This document shows, piece after piece, positions 49,727-60,048 of a stretch of DNA of 64,000 nt. The notes below the pieces were generated by a model. The model did not search any database, was not told the origin of the DNA, and saw only the letters and a list, made by a program, of their open reading frames with translations. Location: positions 384,001 through 448,000 of the forward strand of contig OY782781.1 of NCBI GenBank assembly GCA_963678315.1, given 5' to 3'. The stretch is from Candidatus Cloacimonadales bacterium. GTDB lineage: Bacteria; Cloacimonadota; Cloacimonadia; Cloacimonadales; JAFGVF01. Position numbers and translations under genes: made by a program. The first letter of the stretch is position 1, and every line of letters starts with the position of its first letter.

Positions 49727-50296
49727 CTATTCTTCAATAGGAACTGTCCTGGAAACTTGGTGGAAGTTCAGCTTTGCATCTGGATACTTGGCTTTTAATT
49801 CTTTCCACTCTTTTATAGCCTCTTCTTGAGTCCTAACCTTTCTCAACGCAATATAGAAAAGATTATTCTTTCCTTTATCGAATGCATCTAAGAAGGTTTC
49901 TTCTTCAAGCTCCTGCCATCTTTTTAATTCATCAACCACATCTTTTGTTAAGACGTATACAGGGTAAGGGGCTATTATATAATATTTTTCTTGTCTTGTC
50001 TCTCCAGAATACTTTTCATCTTCAAACTCGAAAGTAAAATCTACATAAACTGTATCTCCAGTTGTAGTATCAATATAAGTTTTCGTAACAGTATTTCCTG
50101 GTGTTAAGTCAATCGGAATACTTTCTGTTTGTAAGCTATCAGCTATGGCAAGAGAATCAACTACAACAGTATCTAAAGAGTCTTTAGAAGTAACCGATGT
50201 TCCATCATTAATAGTATCTATTTTACCCTTACAAGCTACTGCTAATATAGCTAATATAGCAAGTAATGCCCAAAATCTAAAATTATATCTTTTCAT
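49727..50296 (-). CDS. Lipoprotein with probable C-terminal SPOR-like domain
   Basis: Lipobox VAC; C-terminus KYYII..NLFYIAL..T.EEA..LKAKYPDA. Confidence 0.55.
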   Translation of the reverse strand: MKRYNFRFWALLAILAILAVACKGKIDTINDGTSVTSKDSLDTVVVDSLAIADSLQTESIPIDLTPGNTVTKTYIDTTTGDTVYVDFTFEFEDEKYSGETRQEKYYIIAPYPVYVLTKDVVDELKRWQELEEETFLDAFDKGKNNLFYIALRKVRTQEEAIKEWKELKAKYPDAKLNFHQVSRTVPIEE

Positions 50297-50642
50297 TTTT
50301 TTTCCTCTAAGTTATCTTTTCTGCATTAAGATAATCTTCCTTAGATAATTATCTTATTCCTTCATATAATAGCTTGCTCAAATTATTCCATAACTAAGAT
50401 TTTTAAACATGTTAAATTGTCCATAAAAAGTTCAACCTAGATGATGCATAAGCTTTGACTAAAATAGTGCAGATTCCTTCTAAGCCGCACACAGTCTTTC
50501 AACAAAATAATATAGTGCACTTTTTTAGGTTCTAATGCATTATTTTAGTTAATAATCATAATTAACATATTTTCCTTGACTATATCATAACTAATTTAAC
50601 ATCTTTTTTGTAAAATATAAAATTCTATTAAGCGGAGACAAT

Positions 50643-52802
50643 ATGCCGAAAATAATAAAGAGGATTGTTCTATTACTTATAGTACTTTTCACAGTAAGTT
50701 GTGCTTACTACAACGGGCTTCATAATGCCAAGAAGCTATTCGCTGAAGCTGAAGAAATGGAGCTTGATAGCAAAGGTAGAGTTAGTAGAGATGCAAAAAG
50801 CAAATATAATAAAGTAATCAAAAAGTGTGGAACCATCTTAGAGTTTTACAATGAGAGTAAATATGTAGATGATGCAATCTACCTAATGGCTATGAGTTTT
50901 TACCGTAAAGGTGGTAATTTGACTAAAGCTATTGAGCAGTGTGATAAAATTATTGATTACTTTCCTGAGAGTGAATTTTATGTAGATGCTGTAATCTTGA
51001 AGGCACAAGTTCTAAGAGATAAACGTAAACCTGATGAATCTTATACTTTACTTGAAGAGATGATGCTCAACCCTAAGTACTCAGATGGCAAGAGTAAGGT
51101 CTTGCTTAAAATCGCTGAATTTTACACTGGTGATGAGAACTATTCAAGAGCTAGATACTATTTGAATACGATTATTACCGATTACAGAAAAAGCCTAGAG
51201 GCAAAAAAAGCATCTTATTTCTTAGGATTAAACTATATGGCAGAGGAAAATTATGCAGAAGCTATCACAGCCATCAAGCAATACCTCAAGCTTGATAATG
51301 ATAGAGAAGAAGAGAATGATGCTAATTATAATCTTGCTTACTGCTATTTCAAAACAGGAGATTATAGAAATGCTCTCAAGAGAGTTGATGACTTAATAGA
51401 TGATGAATATCGTAAAGCTCAAAAGAATGATGCTAAGGTTTTGAAAGGGCAGATTCTTTTAGCTGATAGTGGAGTTGAAGAAGGAATTGAATTGTTAAAC
51501 GAATTAATTGAGGGTAACCAAAAGGGTTCAGCTAGTGCTAAAGCTAATTATATCTTAGGCGACTACTATTTAACAAACACGGACAGTTTAAAACTTTCAA
51601 TTAAGTTATTTAATGCAGTAAAAAAAGCTGACTCAAATTCTGAATATGTTGAACAAGCAATAGCCAAAAGCTCAGTAGCTAGTCAAATTCAGCTTTTCAA
51701 AGATAGCGATGAAGAACTTCAACCCAAAGAGCTTGTTGATGAACAATTTAAGCTAGCAGAATACTACCTTGATATCATGGCTCTTCCTGATTCTGCTATA
51801 GCTGTTTATAATGATATTATTGACAATAAAATGCAGTTTGCTATAAAAAAAGACACCCTCTTGTTGAAGCAAGATTCTCTAAGTATAGCAGTAGATTCTC
51901 TCACTAACATTAATGATAATATGTCATCTGAAATAGATAGTCTAAGATTTCTTGTTGAGAACACCAATACTCTAGCTGATTCAACAATTACAAGCGATTC
52001 CCTCAGAACTGAAGATCCTAATGGTCAACGCATGTTAATGTTAGAAGCAGAACAAGATTCATTAGTACAACTACTTGATTCAAAGAGAAGCCAACTGCAA
52101 TCTATTACTGCTAAGATTGAGAACCTAAGCAAAGTAATTAAGCAATTTGATACTGAGTATATTCCATTTGCTTCTTTTGTAAAGATAATGATCTACAATG
52201 ACAATCTTCAAGATTCGCTCCAGGTTAAAAGAGAGACATCTTTCTTGCTGGATAATTTCCCTGATTCTAAATATGCCTTTGCAATATCTCAATCTCTTAA
52301 TGGCCAAGAGATGAAGCTTATTACTCCTGAGGAAGAACTTTCAAAGTTAAGGTACAAAGAATTAACTAGGCACATGCTTACAGAAGCAGATACAACTATT
52401 ACTCTTTTAGAGACTAATATGCAAGATTTACAAGATAGTGAAAAGATTAAGGCACAAATGGCTTTAGCCTACCTCTACCTTACTGCAAAGAAAGATACCG
52501 TATCTGCACGGACTTACTTTGATTCCTTGGCAACAAATATTAATCTTGTTCAAGAACAGCAAGAATGGGTTGAGAAATTCTATAAAAACGGAGATTTCTT
52601 ATTCAATCAAGTTGAAGAGATTCATGATGATGTTGAAGATAATATAGAAGAAGACAATTCTAATGACATCGAAGTAGAAGACCCAGCAAGCGATATTAAT
52701 AAAGATGAAGACAATGATAAACTAGAAGACGATGATACTGGTGATAAAGCTGAAGATAAAATCAATGACGCTATCAAGATTCAACAATCAATACCTAAAT
52801 AA
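50643..52802 (+). CDS. TPR-repeat lipoprotein
   Basis: Lipobox SC-AYYN, ESKYVDDAIYL, repeated TPR helices, acidic tail. Confidence 0.85.
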   Translation: MPKIIKRIVLLLIVLFTVSCAYYNGLHNAKKLFAEAEEMELDSKGRVSRDAKSKYNKVIKKCGTILEFYNESKYVDDAIYLMAMSFYRKGGNLTKAIEQCDKIIDYFPESEFYVDAVILKAQVLRDKRKPDESYTLLEEMMLNPKYSDGKSKVLLKIAEFYTGDENYSRARYYLNTIITDYRKSLEAKKASYFLGLNYMAEENYAEAITAIKQYLKLDNDREEENDANYNLAYCYFKTGDYRNALKRVDDLIDDEYRKAQKNDAKVLKGQILLADSGVEEGIELLNELIEGNQKGSASAKANYILGDYYLTNTDSLKLSIKLFNAVKKADSNSEYVEQAIAKSSVASQIQLFKDSDEELQPKELVDEQFKLAEYYLDIMALPDSAIAVYNDIIDNKMQFAIKKDTLLLKQDSLSIAVDSLTNINDNMSSEIDSLRFLVENTNTLADSTITSDSLRTEDPNGQRMLMLEAEQDSLVQLLDSKRSQLQSITAKIENLSKVIKQFDTEYIPFASFVKIMIYNDNLQDSLQVKRETSFLLDNFPDSKYAFAISQSLNGQEMKLITPEEELSKLRYKELTRHMLTEADTTITLLETNMQDLQDSEKIKAQMALAYLYLTAKKDTVSARTYFDSLATNINLVQEQQEWVEKFYKNGDFLFNQVEEIHDDVEDNIEEDNSNDIEVEDPASDINKDEDNDKLEDDDTGDKAEDKINDAIKIQQSIPK

Positions 52803-52813
52803 AGAGGATTATA

Positions 52814-53503
52814 TTGTTAAATAAAGATTCTTTTTCATTTAGGATACATATCTTAATCAAACTAGGATTTATCTGTTTTCTAATTTATTCACTAAGCAGT
52901 AATATTCTTTCTATTCAATTAGGAACTTCTTTAATCATAGCATCATTCTTGATTAAGGGAGAGATTAGAAAGAATTGGTTGAAAGTAGTCTCCAAGGCTT
53001 CAATAATGCTGATAACTTACCTTGTATTCCAGTTCATTTTTAAGCAAGATTTAGAGCTTGCTTTATTCACAACAGCTAGACTTATTCTATACATAGTTTT
53101 AATTGTTTGGCTGAAAAATACTACTACTATTAAATCATATTTATCTGATCTTGATAAAGCCTTAGACACTATCAGATTTGCTAAGCTTAAAAGCAATATC
53201 CGAAAATACCTATATGTTTTTAATTATTTCATTATATCTACTATTTTAAATGTTGAAAACTTCTATAAGTACTTTTCTCACTTCTCTAAAGACAATATTC
53301 CTTTAAAGAATAGGATTATGCAGGTTCTTTTTAAGAGCATGTCAGATCAGAATTATATAAAGAGAGAAACTGAAGAGACAATTAATATCATTTATTACCG
53401 CAAGTTCTATTGGCTAGAGAATATACTTGTATTGCTATTAATTGCTTCAATAATCCTAATAAACAATCAATCATTCCAAGAATATGCAAAAATTTTTAAT
53501 TAA
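52814..53503 (+). CDS. Membrane protein, possibly divergent ECF transporter T component
   Basis: Several TM segments; position directly upstream of truA resembles ecfT-truA synteny; conserved EcfT motifs are not evident. Confidence 0.5.
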   Translation: MLNKDSFSFRIHILIKLGFICFLIYSLSSNILSIQLGTSLIIASFLIKGEIRKNWLKVVSKASIMLITYLVFQFIFKQDLELALFTTARLILYIVLIVWLKNTTTIKSYLSDLDKALDTIRFAKLKSNIRKYLYVFNYFIISTILNVENFYKYFSHFSKDNIPLKNRIMQVLFKSMSDQNYIKRETEETINIIYYRKFYWLENILVLLLIASIILINNQSFQEYAKIFN

Positions 53504-54260
53504 AATATCTTATGATGGGTCATGTTATCATGGCTGGCAGATTCAACCTAATGGAATATCTGTCCAAGAAGTAATCGAGAAATGTCTAAAACAAATTGCC
53601 AAGCAAGCTATTCCAATTGTTGGTTCAGGAAGAACTGACACAGGCGTTCATGCAACTTGTCAATATGCTCATTTTAACTTTCCTATAAATATGAGTCCTA
53701 AGCAACTTCGTTTAGCACTCAGAACTAAGCTTCCAGACTCTATTAGAGTAACAGAAGTCTTTATCGTTCCTGATGATTTTCATGCTAGATATGATGCCTA
53801 TAAAAGGGGATATAAATATATATTAACTAGGAAGAAAAACCCTTTTAATAGGCTCTACAAAAGCTTTATACCCTATAAAGAACTAGATATAGATAGATTG
53901 AGAGCATGTGTTCCATATCTATTGGGACAACATGATTTTACTTCATTCTGCAAACCTAATCCCCAGATTAAAAGTAATGTCTGTGACCTCTACAAAGTCG
54001 ATATAGTTGAGAATGATTTTGATATTGAGTTTTATATTTCAGCTAATAGATTTTTACATAATATGGTTAGAAGAATTGTCGGAACCCTAGTTAGCTTCTC
54101 TCATGAGAAGTTTGATCCTGCCATGATTAAAGATCTTATGGATGCAAAGAAAGCTAATCAGAACATTATCTTTACTGCTCCCCCAAATGGTTTATATCTA
54201 AGAGAAGTCTTGTATCCTAATTTCCAAGAATCACTGATTGATCAGGATTCTGAGAGATAA
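53484..54260 (+). CDS. truA: tRNA pseudouridine(38-40) synthase
   Basis: YDGSCYHGWQIQP, GSGRTDTGVHA, FHARYDA, FLHNMVRRIVG, TAPPNGLYL. Confidence 0.97.
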   Translation: MQKFLIKISYDGSCYHGWQIQPNGISVQEVIEKCLKQIAKQAIPIVGSGRTDTGVHATCQYAHFNFPINMSPKQLRLALRTKLPDSIRVTEVFIVPDDFHARYDAYKRGYKYILTRKKNPFNRLYKSFIPYKELDIDRLRACVPYLLGQHDFTSFCKPNPQIKSNVCDLYKVDIVENDFDIEFYISANRFLHNMVRRIVGTLVSFSHEKFDPAMIKDLMDAKKANQNIIFTAPPNGLYLREVLYPNFQESLIDQDSER

Positions 54261-54557
54261 ACCCTTTTCTATAGATACATACGGACGTGTGTGTCATGAA
54301 GTTCCTTCAACCTATCGGTGGATGCTTACACTCCATCACCATCTGGATGCACAAGCTTCTAGCTTGTATCTGAGACGTTTTTCCAAACGCCTCTACAAAT
54401 TCAAATTCACTTATCATTATGTTCTAAGTGAAGCCAGCTAGCAGCTGGCGATCCCAGTGTGTTCACTTATCACTGCGTGTTAATAGAATTATAAAGTGGT
54501 ACAGTAATGGAAGTATAAAATGGTACACTCCTCAAAATACAAATTTTGAGGATAACC

Positions 54558-56042
54558 ATGATAGAGGAAAGCATGTATCACAAGATAAAATCGTGTCAGA
54601 ATTTAAACTTAAGTGTAAGAGAAACAGCTAGGCAATTAGCTATATCACCAACGACAGTGCAGAAGTTCAGAAAGATGTCGTTAAAAGATTATACAGAATA
54701 TAAGAGCAATATCTTTAGACGAAACAGTATTTTAGAGTCTTATAAAGAGTTGTTAAGCCTTTGGATTAAGGAATATCCACGAATACGCACAACCAAACTT
54801 CATCGTAAATTCCAAAAGAAATACCCCGATATAGTTATATCAGAGCGAGCATTTTCGAATTACATAAATAAACTCAAAGAAGCAATAAAGCCTCGTTGTA
54901 GACGTTATTTTACCCCTGTAACGTATGAACCAGGAGTACAGATACAAGTAGATCCGGGAGAACAAAAAGTATTACTCACAACAGGTGAAAAGATAAAAGT
55001 TTATTTTGTAGCCTTTAAAATCTCATACTCAAGAATGGTGTATGCTCATTTCCAATTAAGACCATATAATACTAATGATTTTATACAAGCTCATGAAGCC
55101 TGTTTTAATTATTTTAGATGCTTACCAAAGCAATTAGTTTATGACCAAACAAAGTTAGTTGTAATAAGAGAAAAATATAGGGAAGTATGGTTAAATAAAC
55201 TATTTGAACAGTTCCTAAACAAACACAATTTAAACTATTATATATGCGAAGGTTATGACCCTCAAACTAAAGGACTTGTGGAACGCCATGTAAGAGAAGT
55301 AAAAGAAGATTTTCTTTATGGAGATAAGTTTTCAGGGTTAAGTGAGATAGAAATGCGTTCAAAAGATTGGTTTGAAATGGTAAATAATAGAGAGCATAGC
55401 ACAACTTTAGAAATTCCGACAGAAGTATTTAAAGCTGAAAAGGATTTAATGAGAACTTATATACCAAACAATAGAGTATTGAGAAAAGTAGATAAACAAG
55501 GAATAATATCTTGGAAAGGTAATAAATATTCAGTTCCTTATATTTATCAAAAAAAAGAAGTTTTAGTAGAAGAATTAAATAGCAAACTTTTGATAATAGA
55601 TAGCTTAACACTAGCACAAGTAGCTAGTCATTCTGTAAAATATGGAAAGTCAAAGCCGACTATAAATCAAGCACATTATATTGATTATTCAGAAAAATTA
55701 GAAACTCTAAAGGATGACGTTTTAGAACTTCTGAAAGGATATCAAAATTATGACGTTTTTGTGACCAGGATTTTAAAAGAAAACACAAGTCACCCACGAG
55801 AACAATTAAGAGCAATAAGACGGCTATATAATGAATATAACCGTCTTGACTGGAATTTTGTAATTAATCAATCTTTAGCATTTTCACAACTACGCGCAAG
55901 CAAAGTTGAAAATGTTCTTGAAGCTCTCACAAAGCAATTAAAGATAAATGATTATATACAAAACAACCAAAGTAATAATAACACAAGTAGTTCAAAACTA
56001 GCAAGAGATTTATCAGATTATGATAGGATGGTAAAAAAATGA
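54558..56042 (+). CDS. istA: IS21 transposase IstA
   Basis: N-terminal HTH (SVRETARQLAISPTTV); DDE motifs QVDPG, YDQTK, KGLVER; GNKYSVP. Confidence 0.93.
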   Translation: MIEESMYHKIKSCQNLNLSVRETARQLAISPTTVQKFRKMSLKDYTEYKSNIFRRNSILESYKELLSLWIKEYPRIRTTKLHRKFQKKYPDIVISERAFSNYINKLKEAIKPRCRRYFTPVTYEPGVQIQVDPGEQKVLLTTGEKIKVYFVAFKISYSRMVYAHFQLRPYNTNDFIQAHEACFNYFRCLPKQLVYDQTKLVVIREKYREVWLNKLFEQFLNKHNLNYYICEGYDPQTKGLVERHVREVKEDFLYGDKFSGLSEIEMRSKDWFEMVNNREHSTTLEIPTEVFKAEKDLMRTYIPNNRVLRKVDKQGIISWKGNKYSVPYIYQKKEVLVEELNSKLLIIDSLTLAQVASHSVKYGKSKPTINQAHYIDYSEKLETLKDDVLELLKGYQNYDVFVTRILKENTSHPREQLRAIRRLYNEYNRLDWNFVINQSLAFSQLRASKVENVLEALTKQLKINDYIQNNQSNNNTSSSKLARDLSDYDRMVKK

Positions 56043-56767
56043 TGGAACAATTAAAGAAAGATTTATTCAGGATAAGGTGTCGACATATACTCAATAACAT
56101 TGAATCATATTTACAGCATGGAAGAGAGAAAGAACTCTCTAATCAGCAGTTTTTATCGTATATTATCAGAAATGAAGTTAATAGCAGAAATCAAACAGCT
56201 ATTAAGCTAAAAATAAAAAGGTCAAATTTCCCTTCAGTAAAGACATTTGAAGAGTTTGATTATAAATATCAACACAGTGTAACTAAAAGGATGGTCAATG
56301 AGTGGTTGGATTTTGATTGGATAGATAACAGAGAAAATAAGATATTTATGGGACCTCCTGGAGTTGGTAAAACGCATATAGCATTAGCTTTGGGATATGA
56401 AGCAATACAAAAGGGATATAATGTAAAATTTTACACATTTAATGATTTACTAGATGATATGTTAATAGCATCCAATGAGAAAAGCCTGAAAGAGTTTATT
56501 AAGAAACTATGTAAAAATGAATTAATAATTATTGATGAAATCGGCTATTTACCAATAAAGGAAATATCTTCAAGTATGTTCTTTAAACTAGTTAGCGAAC
56601 TATATGAATTTAGATCTATTGTTATAACATCAAACAAACTATTTCAAGAGTGGGGATCTGCTTTTGGAGATAATGTTATTACTTCAGCAATATTAGATAG
56701 ACTTCTACACCATGCACAGCTAATCACGATGGATGGTGATAGCTATAGAATGAAAGGTAAAATTTAA
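56039..56767 (+). CDS. istB: IS21 helper ATPase IstB
   Basis: Walker A GPPGVGKT, Walker B IIDEIGY, ITSN, AILDRLLHH, GDSYRMK. Confidence 0.96.
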   Translation: MMEQLKKDLFRIRCRHILNNIESYLQHGREKELSNQQFLSYIIRNEVNSRNQTAIKLKIKRSNFPSVKTFEEFDYKYQHSVTKRMVNEWLDFDWIDNRENKIFMGPPGVGKTHIALALGYEAIQKGYNVKFYTFNDLLDDMLIASNEKSLKEFIKKLCKNELIIIDEIGYLPIKEISSSMFFKLVSELYEFRSIVITSNKLFQEWGSAFGDNVITSAILDRLLHHAQLITMDGDSYRMKGKI

Positions 56768-57589
56768 CTTATTTTTTTAACCAAAGTGTAACAGTTTATA
56801 CTTCCAAAAGTGTAACATTTTAAACTTCTCTTGACATCACTGCGTTCTAAGTGAAGCCAGCACAGAGGCTGGCGATCCCAGTGTGTCCACTTATCACTGC
56901 CTTCTAAGTGAAGCCAGCTAGCAGCTGGCGATCCCAGTATTAGCCGGCTAGCAGCCGAGCGTTCCCAGTATTAGCCGGCTAGCAGCCGAGCGTTCCCAGT
57001 ATTAGCCAGCTATCCCGCAGCAGCCGGACTAAAGGCAAAGCGTTCCCAGTCATTCACTCCTCCCTCCTAACTCCAGCCTTACTTGCCTCATTGAAAAATC
57101 GGCTTTTTTTCAAGGAGGCTAGTAAGGAAGCAGGCAATACTGACCAATATTGTTAAGAATATTTGATTAAAAACACTTTTACATTGACAAGTTAAGATAC
57201 ATATTTTAGAGTAACTTATCATTTTAGTCGAATAGATTCTACTTAATTATAACAAGCTTTGGGAATGGATAGAAAGAAAGTCAAAGGTTAGAATTCATGA
57301 AGTTACTAAATTCGTTGAAAGCTATGAAAATCTTCGGACAAAACAAAATACTCAGGATTCAGAAAAGAAAGGACAAAGAATTCAAGAATTACAGCCTATA
57401 AATATTCAATAATTTGTTTGATAGGAAGAAAGTACTTTAAATAACATTCTTATTGACAAAACACTTGTTAGAAAAAGTTAATTACTTATATTATATTAAG
57501 CCCAATTAATAGACTAGAGCTAATAAAATAGCACAATTATAAAGTAAGCAAAGCTAAAGATTGGGATAAAACTTTTAACAGGTAGTTTA

Positions 57590-58972
57590 ATGAGAATAGA
57601 ACAAGATATATTGGGTAGCTATGAGCTCACTGATAAAGAGCTTATCGGAATAAATACAGCAAGAGCAAGAGACAACTTTCAAATCTCTAGTTTAAGAATG
57701 CCAAAGATATTTATAAAGGCTTTGGCTCAAGTCAAATTAGCTTGTGCAAGAACTAATTTTCAATTAGGCTATTTAGATGATGAAAAGTTTGAAGCAATTT
57801 TATACGCAACTAACGAAATTATTGATGGCAAGCACTATGATTCTTTCGATTTAGACGCTTTACAAGGTGGAGCTGGCACTTCTACAAACATGAACATTAA
57901 TGAGGTTATTGCTAACATAGCTAATGACTTTCTGGGTGAGGAAATAGGTCAATATCAAATTGTAAAACCATTACAAGATGTTAATATGCACCAGTCGACT
58001 AATGATGTTTATCCTACCGCAGTTAGAATAGCAGTCCTATACCTTCTAAAGAATCTAGAAAAAGAGCTGTCTGAACTACAAGAAGAGATTCAGGAAAAAG
58101 AACAAGAATTCCATAATATTATCAAGCTGGGTAGAACGCAACTTCAAGATGCTGTACCTATGACTCTTGGAATGGAGTTTTCTGCTTACTCAGAAGCAAT
58201 TGCTAGAGATAGATGGAGAATATTCAAGTGCAGAGAAAGAATTAAGGTCCTAAATCTTGGGGGAACTGCAATAGGAACAGGTATCGGGGCACCACAAGAC
58301 TATATTTTCAAGGTAGTTGAAAATCTAAAAGATATTACAGGTCTGGTTATTGCAAGGTCAGAAAACCTAGTTGAGACAACCCAGAATTTGGATCCTTTTG
58401 TAGAAATCTCTGGAATGCTCAAAACTCTAGCAGTAAACCTCTACAAAATTTCTAATGACTTGAGGATTCTAGCTTCTGGTCCAGATGGTGGATTTGGAGA
58501 GATTAATCTTCCAGCCCTACAAAGTGGTTCCACAATCATGCCTACCAAAGTCAATCCTGTAATTCCAGAAGCAATTTCCCAGATAGCTCTAAAGGTTATG
58601 GGCAATGATTCTATTCTTACTAATGCTTCTGCCTTAGGAAACTTAGAGTTAAATCAGTTCATGCCTCTAATAGCTTATACTATCTTAGAAACCTTGGAAA
58701 TTCTTAACAGCGGTTCTAGTATTTTTAGAGAAAGATGTATAAAAGGGATTACTGCAAACCCTGATGTTTGTAAAGAAAAGCTGATGAAGAGTAAAACAAT
58801 TGCTACTGTTTTAGTACCTGTTCTTGGATATAAAAAGGTGGAAGAGCTAATCAAGCTTTCCTTAGAAACAAAAAAAGCAGTAAAAGATTTAATTATAGAA
58901 GAAAAGCTTCTCTCAGAAGAAAAATTAGATGAACTACTAAGCCCAAAAAGAATGTACAGATTGGGCTTTTAG
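57590..58972 (+). CDS. aspA: Aspartate ammonia-lyase (fumarase/aspartase family)
   Basis: QGGAGTSTNMNINEV, QSTND, GRTQLQDAVP, GSTIMPTKVNP. Confidence 0.88.
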   Translation: MRIEQDILGSYELTDKELIGINTARARDNFQISSLRMPKIFIKALAQVKLACARTNFQLGYLDDEKFEAILYATNEIIDGKHYDSFDLDALQGGAGTSTNMNINEVIANIANDFLGEEIGQYQIVKPLQDVNMHQSTNDVYPTAVRIAVLYLLKNLEKELSELQEEIQEKEQEFHNIIKLGRTQLQDAVPMTLGMEFSAYSEAIARDRWRIFKCRERIKVLNLGGTAIGTGIGAPQDYIFKVVENLKDITGLVIARSENLVETTQNLDPFVEISGMLKTLAVNLYKISNDLRILASGPDGGFGEINLPALQSGSTIMPTKVNPVIPEAISQIALKVMGNDSILTNASALGNLELNQFMPLIAYTILETLEILNSGSSIFRERCIKGITANPDVCKEKLMKSKTIATVLVPVLGYKKVEELIKLSLETKKAVKDLIIEEKLLSEEKLDELLSPKRMYRLGF

Positions 58973-58980
58973 GAGAATAT

Positions 58981-60045
58981 ATGAAAAATTACAATTGGGA
59001 TAATTTATCCAAAGAAGATTTAATAGAATTACTTGAAACTAAAGACAAAGAACTTATAGAAGAGCTCTATAAACAGGCATACAAAGTTAAACTGAAATAT
59101 GTTGGCAACACTGTTTATTTCAGAGGACTGGTTGAATTTAGTAATGTATGTGTAAAAGACTGTCTTTATTGTGGAATTAGGAAAAGTAATGGTAAAGTTC
59201 AACGATATTCATTAACTAAAGAAGAAATATTGAAATCTGCTAAATGGGCTTATGACCATAAATACGCTTCCCTAGTTCTACAATCTGGAGAAAGAACAGA
59301 TGAAGACTTTGTTTCATTTGTAGAAGAAGTTCTTTATGAGATAAAAGATAAATATGGACTTGGTGTTACTCTTTCATTAGGAGAAGAAACTCGTGAGACC
59401 TATAGACGATGGAGAAAAGCAGGTGCTAGTAGATACCTTATTAGAATAGAAAGCACAAACCGTAATGTATTCAAGCTCATTCATCCTAAAGAGCAGAACT
59501 TCGAAAGAAGACTGCAAGCAATCTATGACTTGAGAGCTGAGGATTATCAAGTAGGAACTGGGGTAATGATTGGTTTACCAACACAAACAGCTGAAGATTT
59601 AGCTAATGATATTCTCTTCTTCAAAGAGCACGATATCGATATGATTGGTATGGGTCCTTACATTGTTCATCATGATACCCCAATGGCTCAAATGGTAGAG
59701 AATTATGATCCTAATCATCAACTAGAATTAGGGCTTAAAATGGTGGCACTTACTAGACTTTATTTAAAAGATGTAAATATCGCTTCTACTACAGCTCTTC
59801 AGACTCTTGATTCTCTAGGAAGAGAAAGAGGGCTTCTAGCAGGTGGAAATGTTTGTATGCCTGTAGTATATGAATCAGAGAACAGACAAAACTATCTTCT
59901 TTATGACAATAAACCTGCTTTGACTGAAACTAGTGAAGAGAATATGCGTGCTTTTGAAGAATCAATAGCTAGAATCGGTGAAACTATTGGTTATGGTCAT
60001 AAAGGTAATTCTCCTCATTACAAGAAACGTAAAGGACAGGAATAA
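58981..60045 (+). CDS. hydE: [FeFe]-hydrogenase H-cluster radical SAM maturase HydE
   Basis: RGLVEFSNVCVKDCLYCGIR, LQSGE, GTGVMIGLP, DMIGMGPY, YLLYDNKP. Confidence 0.92.
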   Translation: MKNYNWDNLSKEDLIELLETKDKELIEELYKQAYKVKLKYVGNTVYFRGLVEFSNVCVKDCLYCGIRKSNGKVQRYSLTKEEILKSAKWAYDHKYASLVLQSGERTDEDFVSFVEEVLYEIKDKYGLGVTLSLGEETRETYRRWRKAGASRYLIRIESTNRNVFKLIHPKEQNFERRLQAIYDLRAEDYQVGTGVMIGLPTQTAEDLANDILFFKEHDIDMIGMGPYIVHHDTPMAQMVENYDPNHQLELGLKMVALTRLYLKDVNIASTTALQTLDSLGRERGLLAGGNVCMPVVYESENRQNYLLYDNKPALTETSEENMRAFEESIARIGETIGYGHKGNSPHYKKRKGQE

Positions 60046-60048
60046 ATC

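Larger units (their letters stand above)
54478..56836 (+). mobile_element. IS21 family insertion sequence, 2359 bp, 8-bp target duplication TCACTGCG
   Basis: TG...CA ends; IRL TGTTAATAGAATTATAAAGTGGTACAGTAATGGAAGTATAAAATGGTACACT vs IRR(rc) TGTCAAGAGAAGTTTAAAATGTTACACTTTTGGAAGTATAAACTGTTACACT; TSD at 54470-54477 and 56837-56844. Confidence 0.95.
54372..57127. repeat. REP-like repeat island 5 / tandem array, interrupted by IS21
   Basis: Inverted GTAG module 54372-54396; three ~56-bp units and two 31-bp units (54406-54477 plus 56837-57000); long hairpin 57077-57127. Confidence 0.85.

Noticed and set aside
54238..54631. Short ORFs 54238-54441 and 54428-54631
   Set aside because: They are translations of REP modules and the IS left end.
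54406..57050. CRISPR array
   Set aside because: The units are near-identical tandem hairpins with no unique spacers, and there are no cas genes; REP array fits better.
57236..57412. Open frame of ~58 codons upstream of aspA (possible hydG/regulator remnant)
   Set aside because: It has no standard start or RBS and no resemblance to HydG that I can recognise.
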